Source: Ruditapes philippinarum (lineage: Eukaryota). Taken from it: DNA of 64,000 nucleotides. The DNA is taken from the NCBI RefSeq assembly GCF_026571515.1, contig NW_026860156.1, positions 62,001 to 126,000 of the forward strand. The letters are read 5' to 3'. This document shows positions 1 through 12,448 of this stretch, one piece after another; position 1 is the stretch's first letter, and the number at the start of each line of letters is the position of its first letter. The translations under genes were made by a program, and so were the position numbers. The notes under the pieces are model-generated. The model saw only the letters and a list, made by a program, of their open reading frames with translations, had not been told where the DNA came from and searched no databases.

Positions 1-1107
1 AAGAATATGAATTTTGCAATATTTTAAAATAAAAACCTTTTTTTGAGTATTTTCCTTTAAATAACTAGCTCTAAACCCTTTCGGAAAAGGGGTGTTGAAA
101 CCCACTTAGGATTTTAACCCCGAATTTCCTTGGTATGACTGGCCCAAAACCTTTTTAACCCCTTTGCGTTTAAAAAAAATTTTTTTGGGGAAAGAAAACC
201 TGATGAGGAAAATCGGGTCCCTACCCCCTTTTTGGGAAAATAAAATATTAAACCCCACAGCTTCCTTTTTCCAATTTGGGATTTTTTGAAAAATTTTTTC
301 CCAAATGGGGGGGAAAGAAAAATTAAACCAGCTTTTTTGAAAGGTTTTAAGGGGTTGCGTTTTTCAAAATTGGTTCCATTTAAAAAACAAAAAGCCCCAT
401 TAAAAAGGTCATTTGTTATTTTGGAAATTTTTTTTATTGAATTTTGGTTCCCAAATTCCGGAAAAAAGTTGCCATTTGACATTTTTATTAAAGTTTTTAA
501 AAAAGTAAAAAAAAAAAGTTAAAATTTTCAAGCAAAGAAGGTAAAAACTTTAAAAAGGTTTGGGCAAGTTGCAGGCGGGAAACATTTTTTTTTTCAAAAA
601 AAAAGATTTTTAATTAAATTGGAAAAAGGGGGGGGGATTTAAAAAAATGCCCTTTAAATAAATTACATAAATTTTTTTTTCTATTCTTAAATTATCTAAA
701 TTTTCATGAAATCCAAATTTTGTAGGGAGAGTTTCTGTGAACATGGGTTTTAGACTGAAACAGTTCTCAGAGGAAGAATATTATAGTACCATTTATTTAC
801 AATTCTTTACAATAATCGAGACTTACTGTCTATTCTACATGTTCCCATACATTTGTTCTAAATTATGTTTCTGTCTTTAGGAAAAGAATTTTGATTTATA
901 GTTATGGAATCCTGAATAAGTAGAACTTTATGAATGATGTTTCTGTTTGACATTTTAATGGAGATATTTTTAAAAGAGGCAAAAACAACAACAACAAAAA
1001 CCTGAGAAGTTAGGATAAATATATATTTATCATTGAATGTAAATATTTAGTTATATCAATATTAGCCAACTACAGTAACTGTTATGTTCATATTTATTAT
1101 TATCTAG

Positions 1108-1192
1108 ATGTAACAAAGCTTGGTCCAGTACCTGTAGAATCAGATAGTGACTTTGGAACAATGACAGGAGACACTGATACTGAGAATGAGAG
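1108..1192 (+). CDS. Coding exon of MTUS-like gene (xVTKLGPVPVESDSDFGTMTGDTDTENER), phase 1 to 2
   Basis: Acceptor tattattatctag, donor AG|gtaaga; open acidic frame; phase fits the exon at 4622. Confidence 0.7.
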
Positions 1193-1715
1193 GTAAGATA
1201 TAGATATGACAGGAAAAAGGTAAAAACAAAAAATGCAAATTTTATTATTATTTTTTAAAAAAAAGGAAATAAGGTTTTTACCCATTTAGTACCCCAAAAT
1301 TTCACAAAAATTTTTTAAATTTAAAAATGTGGGTTTTGCAATTTTTTGAGATGTTTCTTAGTTGTACTCAGTTTTAAAATTTGTGGCCTTTTCAATTTTA
1401 AAAACTGCCTTTTAGTTTAAGAAACTGAAATGAAATTCTTTACAGTTTCAAGAGACAGTTCAGATTCAAAGCAAAAATATCCTGTTTCAAAACAAAACAA
1501 GGTTACAAGATTAAGTTTTGTTCAAAAGAAACACCTGAGGGGCGGCAAAATCAATAATCCATATTACCCAGTTTGTCCCACAGCCTGTACAGAAAGTTTC
1601 TTCCATAATTTGCTCTATATCAAATAGACATTTAAGAATAAATGATTCAGATAAAATTACAAGTATGTCAAAATTTCGGTTTCTTGCTGACTCTGAACAC
1701 CATAGTCATGTCCTT

Positions 1716-3127
1716 GTTATTAAACCCCCAAAAACTACCATATTTCCTTGGAATTCAATAAAACTACATACAATGGTCAAGCACATTGAGAGGAAGTGCA
1801 GTGCACAAGAACCATAACTCTATCTTGACTAATTACAGAGTTATTGCCCTTTGTTACTTTTCCTTGTCCGGGGCATAACTTGAAAACTACTGGTTGGAAT
1901 TCAAAACAACTTCATACAATTGTCAAACACATTAAGGGGAAATGCAGTGCACAAGACCATAACTCTATCTAAAGTAATTACAGAGTTATTGCCCTTTGTT
2001 ACTTTTCCATTGCTTTTTTTGTCCGGACCATAACTTGAAGACTAATAGTTTGAATTCAATATAACTACATACAATGGTCAAGCACATTGAGAGGAAGTGC
2101 AGTGCACAAGAACCATAACTTTATCTTGACTAATTACAGAATTATTGCCCTTTGTTACTTTTCCTTGTCCGGGGCATAACTTGAAAACTACTGGTTGGAA
2201 TTCAAAACAACTTCATACAATTGTCAAACACAATAAGGGGAAGTGCAGTGCACAAGAACCATAACTCTATCTAAAGTAATTACAGAGTTATTGCCCTTTG
2301 TTACTTTTCCATTGATTTTTTTGTCCGGACCATAACTGGAAGACTAATGGTTGGAATTCAATATAACTACATACAATGGTCAAGCACATTGAGAGGAAGT
2401 GCAGTGCACAAGAACCATAACTCTATCTTGACTAATTACAGAGTTATTGCCCTTTGTTACTTTTCCTTGTCCGGGGCATAACTTGAAAACTACTGGTTGG
2501 AATTCAAAACAACTTCATACAATTGTCAAACACAATAAGGGGAAGTGCAGTGCACAAGAACCATAACTCTATCTAAAGTAATTACAGAGTTATTGCCCTT
2601 TGTTACTTTTCCTTGTCCAGAGCTTAGCTTGAAAACTACTGTTTGGAATTCAATACAACTTCATACAGTTGTCAAGGACATTAAAAGGAAGTGCAGTGCA
2701 CAAGAGCCATAACTCCATTTTGACAAAATACAGAGTTACTGCCCTTTGATACTTTTCCTTGTCAGGAGCATAACTTAAAACGTTCTGGTTGGAATTCAAA
2801 ACAACTTCATACAATGGCCAAGCACAATAAGAGGAAGTGCAGTGCACAAGAACGATAATTCTATCTTCAGTATTTATAGAGTTATTGCCCTTTGTTCCTT
2901 TTCTTTGTATTTCTGGACTTATTACAGAGTAATTCAATTAAACTTCATCAATGGCCAACCACATTGAAAGGAAATGCAACATATAAGAACCACAACTATC
3001 TTTAATTGCCCACAACCATAACTCTATATTTCAATTCTTTTACAAGGTATTCTGTTACTAGTAACATCCTCATTTCCGAAGCAGTCTTGTGGGGGTATTA
3101 ATCACATTTAGTGATAGTTCTAGTTTT
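1716..3127 (+). mobile_element. Non-autonomous Helentron/pearl-like element with an internal tandem array (about 8 units of 146 or 155-156 bp)
   Basis: gtgcacaaga recurs at 1801, 1947, 2102, 2248, 2404, 2550, 2696, 2842; subterminal inverted repeat aaccccca/tgggggta; 3' hairpin atcac-attta-gtgat then tagttttt. Confidence 0.75.
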
Positions 3128-3230
3128 TGTCTACTTTGGTTTGATCCTTGAAAAATTTAATTCTTTTGTGAGATCAGTGGCTTAAAGAGACTATTATACA
3201 GTTATTCTGAAAAGCATTTATTTAGAAGAT

Positions 3231-3400
3231 GGGGCATCTGTGGCCAAGAGGTTAGGTCTGTTAACTTTGAACTATTTGCCTCAGTCACTGCTGTAGGTTC
3301 AAGCTGCACAAGAGTGTCTTTCATGTAAGAATGCTTTCCTGCTAGGAAACATTGGTGGTTGTATTTGGGTGCCCTTTTGTGTGTTTTAACATGGGAAGGC
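3231..3400 (+). mobile_element. Degenerate tRNA-derived SINE relic
   Basis: Head ggggcatctgtggccaagaggtt with B-box-like ggttcaagc, followed by a SINE-like core. Confidence 0.4.
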
Positions 3401-4621
3401 AATAGGTCTATAAAACCATCATTTCCACAAAATTATGTTTATAAAAGAAGCAAGATCTAAAATGTGATCAGACCAAAGAAAGAAAATTACAACAAAAAAC
3501 TTAAGTTCATCAAAGGTTTTAATAGTTTTATAACATTTTCAAATGACAGAAGTACTGTTTTTGCTATACATAATTGTTTATGATTCACATTTGTACTGAT
3601 TGATGCCTTGATATATTAATCAAATATTAATGTCTCTCATTTTATTTTCATTTACTACAACAAATGGAATATGAACAAATCTCTATAGGACTTTTAGTAT
3701 CAGTGAAATCCTTATTACTATGATAAAGTTTTCAACAAGGTTGTTCAAATCAACATCATTTGTTTCATTTGAATGTATCAATAATGTTTGTAGTAATTGG
3801 ATGTTATATTCATCACTGGTCATTGTCCAGTTGTCCCAAAGGTGCTTGTCAAAGTGTCTTCCAATATAGTAAAGTCATTCTAGTTAACCAGTGTAACTAG
3901 GCTTCAGTATAAGTGATTTTTAATGGAAACAAAAAATTACTATTAAATTATTATACTGTTTATGTGTTTATTGTTAACACTTTTTGCGCTTGTGCTCATC
4001 TTCCATTGAAGTTTTAAAAGGATTTAAGTTTGTAAAAGAATTGTTTACAAAAATGCTACATGCTGCTGTCAGGGGACTTAAGTTAATAAGGTCATTTTAA
4101 ATGAGAGTTTTCTTATCTTTAAATAAACAAATGAGATGTGCTTATCTGAGGAAATATGGTAGTTAAACCGATAAATTATCTTACTGCATTATAACACTAT
4201 CCTGTATGGATTTGTATTTACTTTTTATCATATCCTGTACTTATTTTTATTAGCAAAAAATATATTTTAAGCAATGTTAAATTTATGGCTTTTTACCATA
4301 AGGATTTAAGCATGTGCATTTTTATTGTGGTCTATAGTGATAAAGTAGCCATGCTATGTATGAATAATTAGTTTTTAAGAACCATATAGGGTTTAAACTT
4401 CTTAAAATGCAGATGTAAAAATTTTAAATATATTTCAATATTTCGTTTTCTGTCCAAGTAAATAAGAGGACTAGTTGCTAAGTGTAAAGATGGAAAAAAG
4501 AAGATATTATAAAAGGTTATATAAAATATTATTTCAGCTATGAATGTATTGTTTTAATAACAAATTCAGTGTCAGTTATAGGTATAAATTGCTATAATTA
4601 CCTGGTATTTGATGTTTACAG

Positions 4622-4715
4622 AAATGAGTACCTGAGATCAGAAGGGGTTGCCATGGACAACATACAAGAGACTGAGGAGTCTGAGGACGAAATCACCCAG
4701 GTGGAAGATATAAAG
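4622..4715 (+). CDS. Coding exon (NEYLRSEGVAMDNIQETEESEDEITQVEDIK), phase 2 to 0
   Basis: Acceptor tgtttacag, donor AAG|gtaaca; phases fit both neighbours. Confidence 0.75.
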
Positions 4716-5469
4716 GTAACATTTAATTGGTTATAGAGACATTATTTGGTTCATAGAGGGCATGGATGATAGCTGGCATAACCACTACTTTCAAAATTCA
4801 ATGCAACATTTTCGATTTTTCCATTTTTGGTGTTCTTTAAGGTTTACTTGTTTTTCCATTTTAACAAATTTTCTAGTGTCAGAAATAAATGTTGGACTTC
4901 TTAACAAATCATTTGTTATCAATATTCAATATTATATTAGATGGGAGATTTTGCAATATTATACTCTTAAACATTGATTACCTTCAGAGAAGGAAGTTGA
5001 AAATTTTTAAGATGATTATAGAATTAAAAACTTACCATTCAGTATGCTACAGGTAACAGGAAATAATTACTTAGAAAACTGGAAATAAAAACTTAACACT
5101 TATAATGTTGTTCAGATGCAGACGCCTGAGTCAGTATTTTTTTGGTAATCAGTGAATTTTCTCAGTTATTCTACTCAGATCACAAGTACGGTGATTAAAT
5201 GTAAAAATGAATCTCTGTTACTTTGTTTTTTTTTTTTCATGAAAATTCTGTAATGCTGCATTTTCGATTTAATCTAAAATGTTGAAATGTTGCTGGGCAA
5301 CCAATCCTACAGCTTTTATTCTTTTTAATAATTGTAATCCAGCTAATAATTGCCTGCCACCAGTGCACTGATAACATTTTAGTGGGAGTTTTCATCATGC
5401 AATTTTATATCAGATAGCTCCATGGAATAAACAGTTTAGAAAATTTTACTGAGAAAACTGCAATAATAT

Positions 5470-5650
5470 GAGCTGCGTCATGACAAAACCAACATAATGG
5501 GTTTGCGACCAGCATGGATCCAGACCAGCCTGCGCATCCGCGCAGTCTGATCAGGATCCATGCTGTTCGCTTACAACTACGGATGCGCAGGCTGGTCTGG
5601 ATCCATGCTGGTCGCAAACCCATTATGTTGGTTTTGTCATGACGCGGCTC
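5470..5650. mobile_element. Foldback MITE (GAG...CTC termini, about 70-bp TIRs, ATAT target-site duplication), internally deleted copy
   Basis: gagctgcgtcatgacaaaacc... pairs with ...ggttttgtcatgacgcggctc; atat on both flanks; same family as 63630-63864. Confidence 0.9.
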
Positions 5651-6551
5651 ATATCTATTTCAGTTAGAGATTTTTGGTGTTGCCAACCAAAAAAAATAAA
5701 AAAACAAAAATAACATGAAAGTCTTGGAATGCGTTTTGAACTTGTTTTTCAGGTAGTTGCCTAAAGCAGAAAAATGTTGTCCAAAATGTTGGCTTAGTTT
5801 TTTGTAATAAAATTTATTTTAAGACATAGCTTATTTATGAAAGAGGCATATGTTTTGTATTTTGAAGTCTGGTGCTCAACAATCAACAGATACAAAATGT
5901 TCACCAATATGTTCTTCTAGCATTACAGATCAATTAATTTTATTTTTTGCCATCAGATGTGTTTTTTTTCTCCTCCAACTGCCAGAAAAATTTGAGCATG
6001 ACTAATTATATTTAATTTTAATGTAATATTAATTGAAAGCTGTAGCCAACCAGTCATTTCTGAAATTTTGGAGATAAAAGCATAATAGATTTATAGTAAA
6101 AAATGTTGCTTTTGAACATTCGATAAGAGTCTAGATAATTTGATTGCTCTGATTTTTTTGAATGGGCAGGTCCACTTTCCATCTCTGGAAGTGTCCATTA
6201 TAAACTTTGAGAATAACATAAAGATTTTTTAAAGCCAACAGTATAGAGCCTGACTATACTGATATGAAAGGGTAATTTCTTTTGTTTCCATTTATTAATG
6301 AAATATACAGAGGGAATATTCAATGGAATATTGGCATAATAATATTATGAAACAAGAAACAACAGAATGTCATTTTGTGTTATTTTCATTTTGTTAACAA
6401 CACCAAGGGACTACAAATACTTGATTGGATATTAAATGATATGTGTTACAGGCAGCCATTTTACCAAACTTTATGAAGACTGCTTTTCTATTATTATAAT
6501 TTGTTCGATGTTTTGAATGACTATAGATTGTGTGATATTTTTTCTTTCTAG

Positions 6552-7713
6552 GCATTAAACTCTACCGTGACACTAGAAAGCAAGCAGAATGATACACTTA
6601 CCGGAGATGGTGAGACTGACTCAACTTTTACCCTTAATGAATCTAATACTGAAAACTCTGAGGATAAAAATGACACAGAGGAAAATGTACCTATTGTAAA
6701 CATTACTATTGAAGATAAAGAAGATGAGAAGAAAACTGAGCAAGATAAGAATGATAAAAAGAAAAATGAAAAACAAAAGACTCCAAAGAAAAAGAAGTTT
6801 AATGTAGTTAAAGATTTCAAGAAACCAAATACAACAAATGTGGTATCTAAGTTGTCAGAGTATTTAAAAGCACCACTTCCAGTTAAACCTAAAGAAGACA
6901 AGAGTAACACAGAGGAGTTTAAAAATAAAAGAAACTCGTTACGTGGTAAAATTGATTTGTCAAAAGTTACTAGTAAAATTGCAAACAAAAGTGTAATAGA
7001 AGAACCCAAGAAAACAAATGGAGAAATTGAAAAAGAGGCAGAGATTGTTGTTGAAAAAGAACCAGTAAAGAAAATCAAGAGAACCCCACCTAAAAGTAAA
7101 TGGGATGCAATTATGTCTCAAATAGATAACAAAAAAGATCAAGTAAAACCAAAGACAGAAGTAAAGAGTAAAGTAGAAGCTTTTACCCATATTCCTCCTC
7201 CAGCCCCACCTAAGGAGAAAGAGATACCCAAACCTAAAAAAAGAATTTCATCTGCTATACCTGACTACAGCAAAGTTCAAAGCAAATTGAAATACACAGC
7301 CCCTCCACCAAAACCAAAGGTAGACGAGTCTCCAAATAGAAAAAGTACTGCTTCACCTAATAGAAAAAAGAATGAACTTAATAAACCTGTGAGTGACTCT
7401 CCAAGAAATAAACTTGATACCTCAAAAAGTAGTTCTCCAAACAGAAAAAGTAAGGATTCATCTCCATCCAGAGATAAGGAAAACATAGACAAGAACAGAA
7501 GGTCAAGCAGTATTATAAAGAATGACAGAGTTAGGAATCTGTCAGGAGATTCAGTGAGGAGACCATCAATAAAAGATAAGGCGGTTCATATTGACCTTGC
7601 AGACTCTCTGGATGGACGGGGAAGTGTGACTGGTACTGGGTCTGTTCTAAGCTCCAGACAAAGTAGCAGGACAGACATGAGTACCACTGAAGATGATGTA
7701 ACAACACTAAAAC
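6552..7713 (+). CDS. Large coding exon: acidic then Lys/Pro/Ser-rich disordered region, putative microtubule-binding domain, phase 0 to 1
   Basis: 389-aa ORF 6567-7736; acceptor ttttctttctag at 6551, donor C|gtaaga at 7714; contains SAIP and DLSKVTSK-type motifs. Confidence 0.9.
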
Positions 7714-8699
7714 GTAAGATTATGAACTATTTGTAAACTTTTTTTAATATCATAATAATAATCCAAATAATAATAATAATAATGATGATAATAATATTAG
7801 TAACTTTTGAAATCTGAATAAGTTTTAGAAAATTTTGTCATTCAAGGTCTTTCATGCTATAAAAGTCATAGAATGTAAGGGAATAAAATAGGAATGATTT
7901 TGTAAAAGCAAATAGGCTTGCTTTAAGAATTTCGAATCATCAGTAATATGTCTATAATACTGTGTAAAAGCATGTCCTTAAAACTATTTGTTCACATTTA
8001 TTGCATTTTGAGAACTTATGTTGACCATTAAAGTTAATTAAATTCAAATCCTCACCATTAGTATGATTATACCAGTTGTCTTAGTATTCAAATGAGTAAC
8101 ACTAAACTTTGAAACAATTTATTTGAATATAGATGGTCTAAAAATTCTCCTCATAATATGTGGGTAGAAATTTTCGCAAAACCCTTGAAATTTTAAACAG
8201 TTTGATAACACTTGACGTTTGAATCATCAGTTTTATAAGCCTGGAGTAGATGTTTTATTGGATCTTGTTCAGATTGGAGAGAGTATGTGTGCAGATATAC
8301 AGGTGTGCTGCAGGTAATATTATAGATGCAGCAAGAAAAGAAGAGTAAAAAAATGTTAAAGGTGCATCAGGTGCAAGTGAAGTTAAAGTATGCACAGGTC
8401 ATGCTGCTTAGACTTTGTGATTTATTAAACAAACATTGACATTTCATTTAAACCAAATTGCCTGAAATGCAACCTTATTTTATAATGGCATTCACTAATT
8501 ACTTTGTTTTTTTGATTGTGTATTAATTGGGTCACTAGTTTAGTATGTTGTTTGGTGCATTTTAAAGGCCTTACAGCTTCTGTCCTGCATATAACATGTT
8601 TTATATGATTCATAATACCTTTTCTTAATTGCCAAGTTTTTTAAAATTCAAAAAAATTTAAAAATATTTTTTGTAATTTATTGATTTGTTTTGTTTCAG

Positions 8700-8788
8700 A
8701 ATTACCGCAGATTGAGCGGGCTATGTCTTTACAAGATAGGCGGGACAGCTCCAGTGCATTTAGTGAAATATCAGAATCTGGTTCCCAG
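8700..8788 (+). CDS. Coding exon (QLPQIERAMSLQDRRDSSSAFSEISESGSQ), phase 1 to 0
   Basis: Acceptor ttgttttgtttcag, donor CAG|gtaggt; phase-compatible. Confidence 0.8.
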
Positions 8789-9613
8789 GTAGGTCATGTG
8801 ACATAATGCCACATAAAATAATTACTTTATTACTTTAATGTGTTGATGGCGAGACAGTGTCAGCATATTGCGTGAAATATCAGCCTTGATTAGTTATGTG
8901 ACATAACTGACCATGCCATGTTACGATAATTCAATAATTCAAATAGTTATATATCTGCATTTTGTGAAATAATTTGTTTACTGTTTTCACTTATCTAGAT
9001 TTAATGTTTTATTTAATTTTGTTATTTTATAAAGACATAGACATTTACTTAGTACAAGGAAAATTGTAAAATTATTGTGGAAAAATAAGGCATACTGTTC
9101 GTATGCTTTTTAAAGAATGAGAGTGGCAACGCTGTGTTAGTTTCAAGATATATCAGTGACCAATGGGATGAAGAGACAGGATTTGTTTTACACCAAAGAC
9201 AATTACATCTAAGTTCATATCAATTTTTCTGAAATTACATAGCAAAGTGGACAAAAATTCTTTGTTTTACAATCACTAGCAAGTCAACTCTGTGTAAAAG
9301 GACTGAAAAATTAAAACATTGAAAACTTGTCGAAAATATCGCTAATTATGTATGTACATATCCGTTAAAAAATTTAACCAGAGAAGTCATCACATTTGTT
9401 GTATTAGATTCGACTGTTCTAATTTTGATGATGCTTTCAGTGTAGCAAATAGTGTTTCTAGCTCTATGTAAGTAAGTGATATTTGTTAAAGGACTATACT
9501 AAAGATGTGAAATCTGGATCATAGTTTGAAGATATGATTTAAATGTTAATATGATTTAGATTAAAATGTTTAACAATTCTGAATGCAGCAAATATTAATG
9601 TATTTCTTCACAG

Positions 9614-9701
9614 GTTACAGCCCAAGAAATGGAAATGAAGATACAGAAAGCTGCAGCCAATCAGAAAAGGAGAAAGAGTGCACTCCTCCCACCTTCAAAT
9701 T
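9614..9701 (+). CDS. Coding exon (VTAQEMEMKIQKAAANQKRRKSALLPPSN), phase 0 to 1
   Basis: Acceptor tatttcttcacag, donor T|gtgagt; phase-compatible. Confidence 0.8.
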
Positions 9702-10623
9702 GTGAGTTTATAGGCTGGCTCTGGATTGGCTGATATGATATTTATTTTTTTATTTTTTTTTCAAACTAACCCTCCTTATCAGAGTTATTACTAATTCTTG
9801 ACTTTTGTATTTTTCTTGTGAATACATTTTTTAATAAACTTAGAGTTAATTTACTAATTTGATTGTAAAATACTACTCTACAGGATTTTATGCATGGTAA
9901 AAGAAACAATAACTTAATGTTTTCATTATTAACATTTACCAACTTTCAGCTGCTGAGGGTAACTAACATTGTTTTATACATTTTGCTAATTTATCACTGG
10001 ACAAGGGAAATAACTCTCACAATGCATTTGCTTAATATTGCTTTGGGTATCATACACCTTTCATAGTTGTTCCCCTTTGTATGTAAAGTTGGCGGGGGTT
10101 CATGAAATGTGTATGATTGAAATATGAAACTCTTCTGAACATTGAACAATATAACCAGATCAATAAATAGGTAATTTGCAGACAGAAATTCACAAAATTT
10201 GTAAAAACTTTAAAGCAGAAATTTCCATTATAACATTTTATTATTTATCATGAAATTAAAATGTCTGACAAAATTCATTTTATGAGATAAAGCTTCACAA
10301 AACTACAGTCTGTTTAATTTCAATTTTTAGGTCTTGCAAAATATTATAGATTACATTGTGAATTGTTTGATAGAAGAAAATTCTTGAAAATAAGAAATTG
10401 CTCAACAGAATGACATTTATTTTGTTATTGGAAAGAAAATTATGTTGAATTCCCATGAAATTTTTTTGCTCCAAATTTGTTTAATGATTTTACAGAATTG
10501 AATGAAAAAAAATAAGTGTAGAGTGAAATATTAGAGTTGAGATTGTTAATGTAAGGAAGAGTTTTATAGAACTAATTTAACACGGTGTATTTGTCCTTCT
10601 CTTACCCATGCTGCTCTGTATAG

Positions 10624-10800
10624 CGCTAGATAGTTCTAGTAGTGGGGAAGGTGTTGTGCGGAAACCCGGCCCTAAGATTGTGAAGCCTGTGTTACGGCAG
10701 CAGTCTATGCCCTCGCCTCTTACCGTATCTTCCTCAACTAAACGTTCTATGTTTACTAACAAAGCTTCCACGGAGAAGGCTGTCACAAGGCGGTCTCGCT
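10624..10800 (+). CDS. Coding exon, symmetric phase 1 to 1, possible cassette (SLDSSSSGEGVVRKPGPKIVKPVLRQQSMPSPLTVSSSTKRSMFTNKASTEKAVTRRSR)
   Basis: Within ORF 10608-10937; pyrimidine tract plus tag at 10623, donor T|gtaagt at 10801; 177 nt, a multiple of 3. Confidence 0.75.
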
Positions 10801-12107
10801 GTAAGTACATTCATACTTCATGTGTTGTTATCTTCTACGAGGAAATCTGTTCTTATGATTCATCAGATATATATAACCATCTAAATGTTCCATTTTATAC
10901 ATTTTTTTTAACGTTCAAAAACTTTCTTGGAACATAGTTATGCATTACATTTTTTATGCGAAAATCTTTCATAATTTGTTATCAAAGAGAACTGTTTCAT
11001 GTGTTAAGATGAACTAAGTATTTAGATAACAAATAACAAATTTTAATGTGTTTTTATGTAGACATATTTACAAAATGTGGTACTGAGTTTTATCTCTGAT
11101 TGCATTCTGTCTTTTTGGAGGCTGACCTGTGGCACTTGTATAGTGTCAGTGCATTCAGCACCTCCATGTACCAAGCTGTTACCTGCTCTAGTGTTGTACA
11201 TTTTCTTGATACACCTTAACTTATAACATTACATAATTCCAAAGTTGGACAAATTTCATTTTCAACCAATGCATAGATCCCTGACCTGTCTAATTCTGAT
11301 TATCAGATTAGTGGATACAATTAGAATTTCATCGCAGCCAACATATATGTCAAGTCAATGTTTGTTGTCAAATATATTGTTATTCAAATAAATGGTCAGA
11401 GTAGGGATCTATCAATACATGAGAATTCAATATTTTCATATTTTTGGTATTTTCGGCATTTTCATTAAAAGGTTTCCTTGGAGAAGATTTTAATTAGTCA
11501 TTGTCATTTTCACCCATATTTTGTCTCTTCCACCTGGTACATAGTATATACTTGTTTGTCATTTTTTCACCCATATTCTTATACATATTACATTATACTG
11601 GTAGAATTTAGTTATATAGAATATCTTATCATTTTAAACACTTCAACAACATCTTTTCATAGGTTTGTTTCACAAATCTCTCTTCATTATCACATTACAA
11701 TGTCTATTCATGTCAAGGAAACATTTAAATTATTATTATTTCCCTTTTTTTTGCAATCAGTTTATATATTTCTTTAAAAAAGCAAGCAAAATCAAGAGCA
11801 GAGGATTTTGTTTGAATTTACTTACATGCATAAGTTTCTGATAATAATAAAGACTTGATCAATAGAATATAAATATTTTATGAGTAGCAACTTCAGTAAA
11901 AATGTTGTTTTAGTGTAGTTATTGTTAGAAGTCTGTAAGTCAGTCCAGTAAGATTTTGTAGAGAATTTTTTTTCTGTGTTTACTTGGCATTTCTGTGGAA
12001 GTGGTTGTTTTGAAGTGTGTGAGGTGAATTTCTTTAGAGTTTTCATTATATGATGTTGTATGTAATACCCTACATTTTACTGTTTGATTGTGATTTACCT
12101 TTGATTT

Positions 12108-12124
12108 GTTGTGTGTGTGTGTGT
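12108..12124. repeat. (TG)n microsatellite
   Basis: tgtgtgtgtgtgtgt run. Confidence 0.5.
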
Positions 12125-12363
12125 TACTTCCAATTCTTTATATAGTGTTTATATATAATGAAAGTTAGTATTTATTGTGACAGAGGGATTTGAGAAAATA
12201 ATTCAGATGTAGATCATTGGTGATTGGTAATTTGTTATTAAGCAGGTTGAATTAAAGTCCACATTATAAATTATGGTCGTTTTATTAAGGCTAATGGAGT
12301 TGATTAGACATGACAGGATATTTATCTGTAATACACCAATCAACTGTAATCTTGCCCTGCTGA

Positions 12364-12448
12364 CCACCCCCACTCCCATCCCAAACCACCACCACTCCCA
12401 TCCACACCATCCCCACTCCCATCCTCACCACCCCAAAACTCATCCCCA
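12364..12448. repeat. C/A-rich low-complexity tract (G-rich on the minus strand)
   Basis: ccacccccactcccatcccaaaccaccaccactcccatcc... Confidence 0.6.

Noticed and set aside
114-522. ORFs 114-482 (-) and 286-522 (+)
   Set aside because: F/K/G/P composition comes from homopolymer-rich, probably erroneous sequence; no splice or family support.
6548-7492. Antisense ORFs of 176, 76 and 71 aa
   Set aside because: Shadow frames of the purine-rich coding exon on the + strand.
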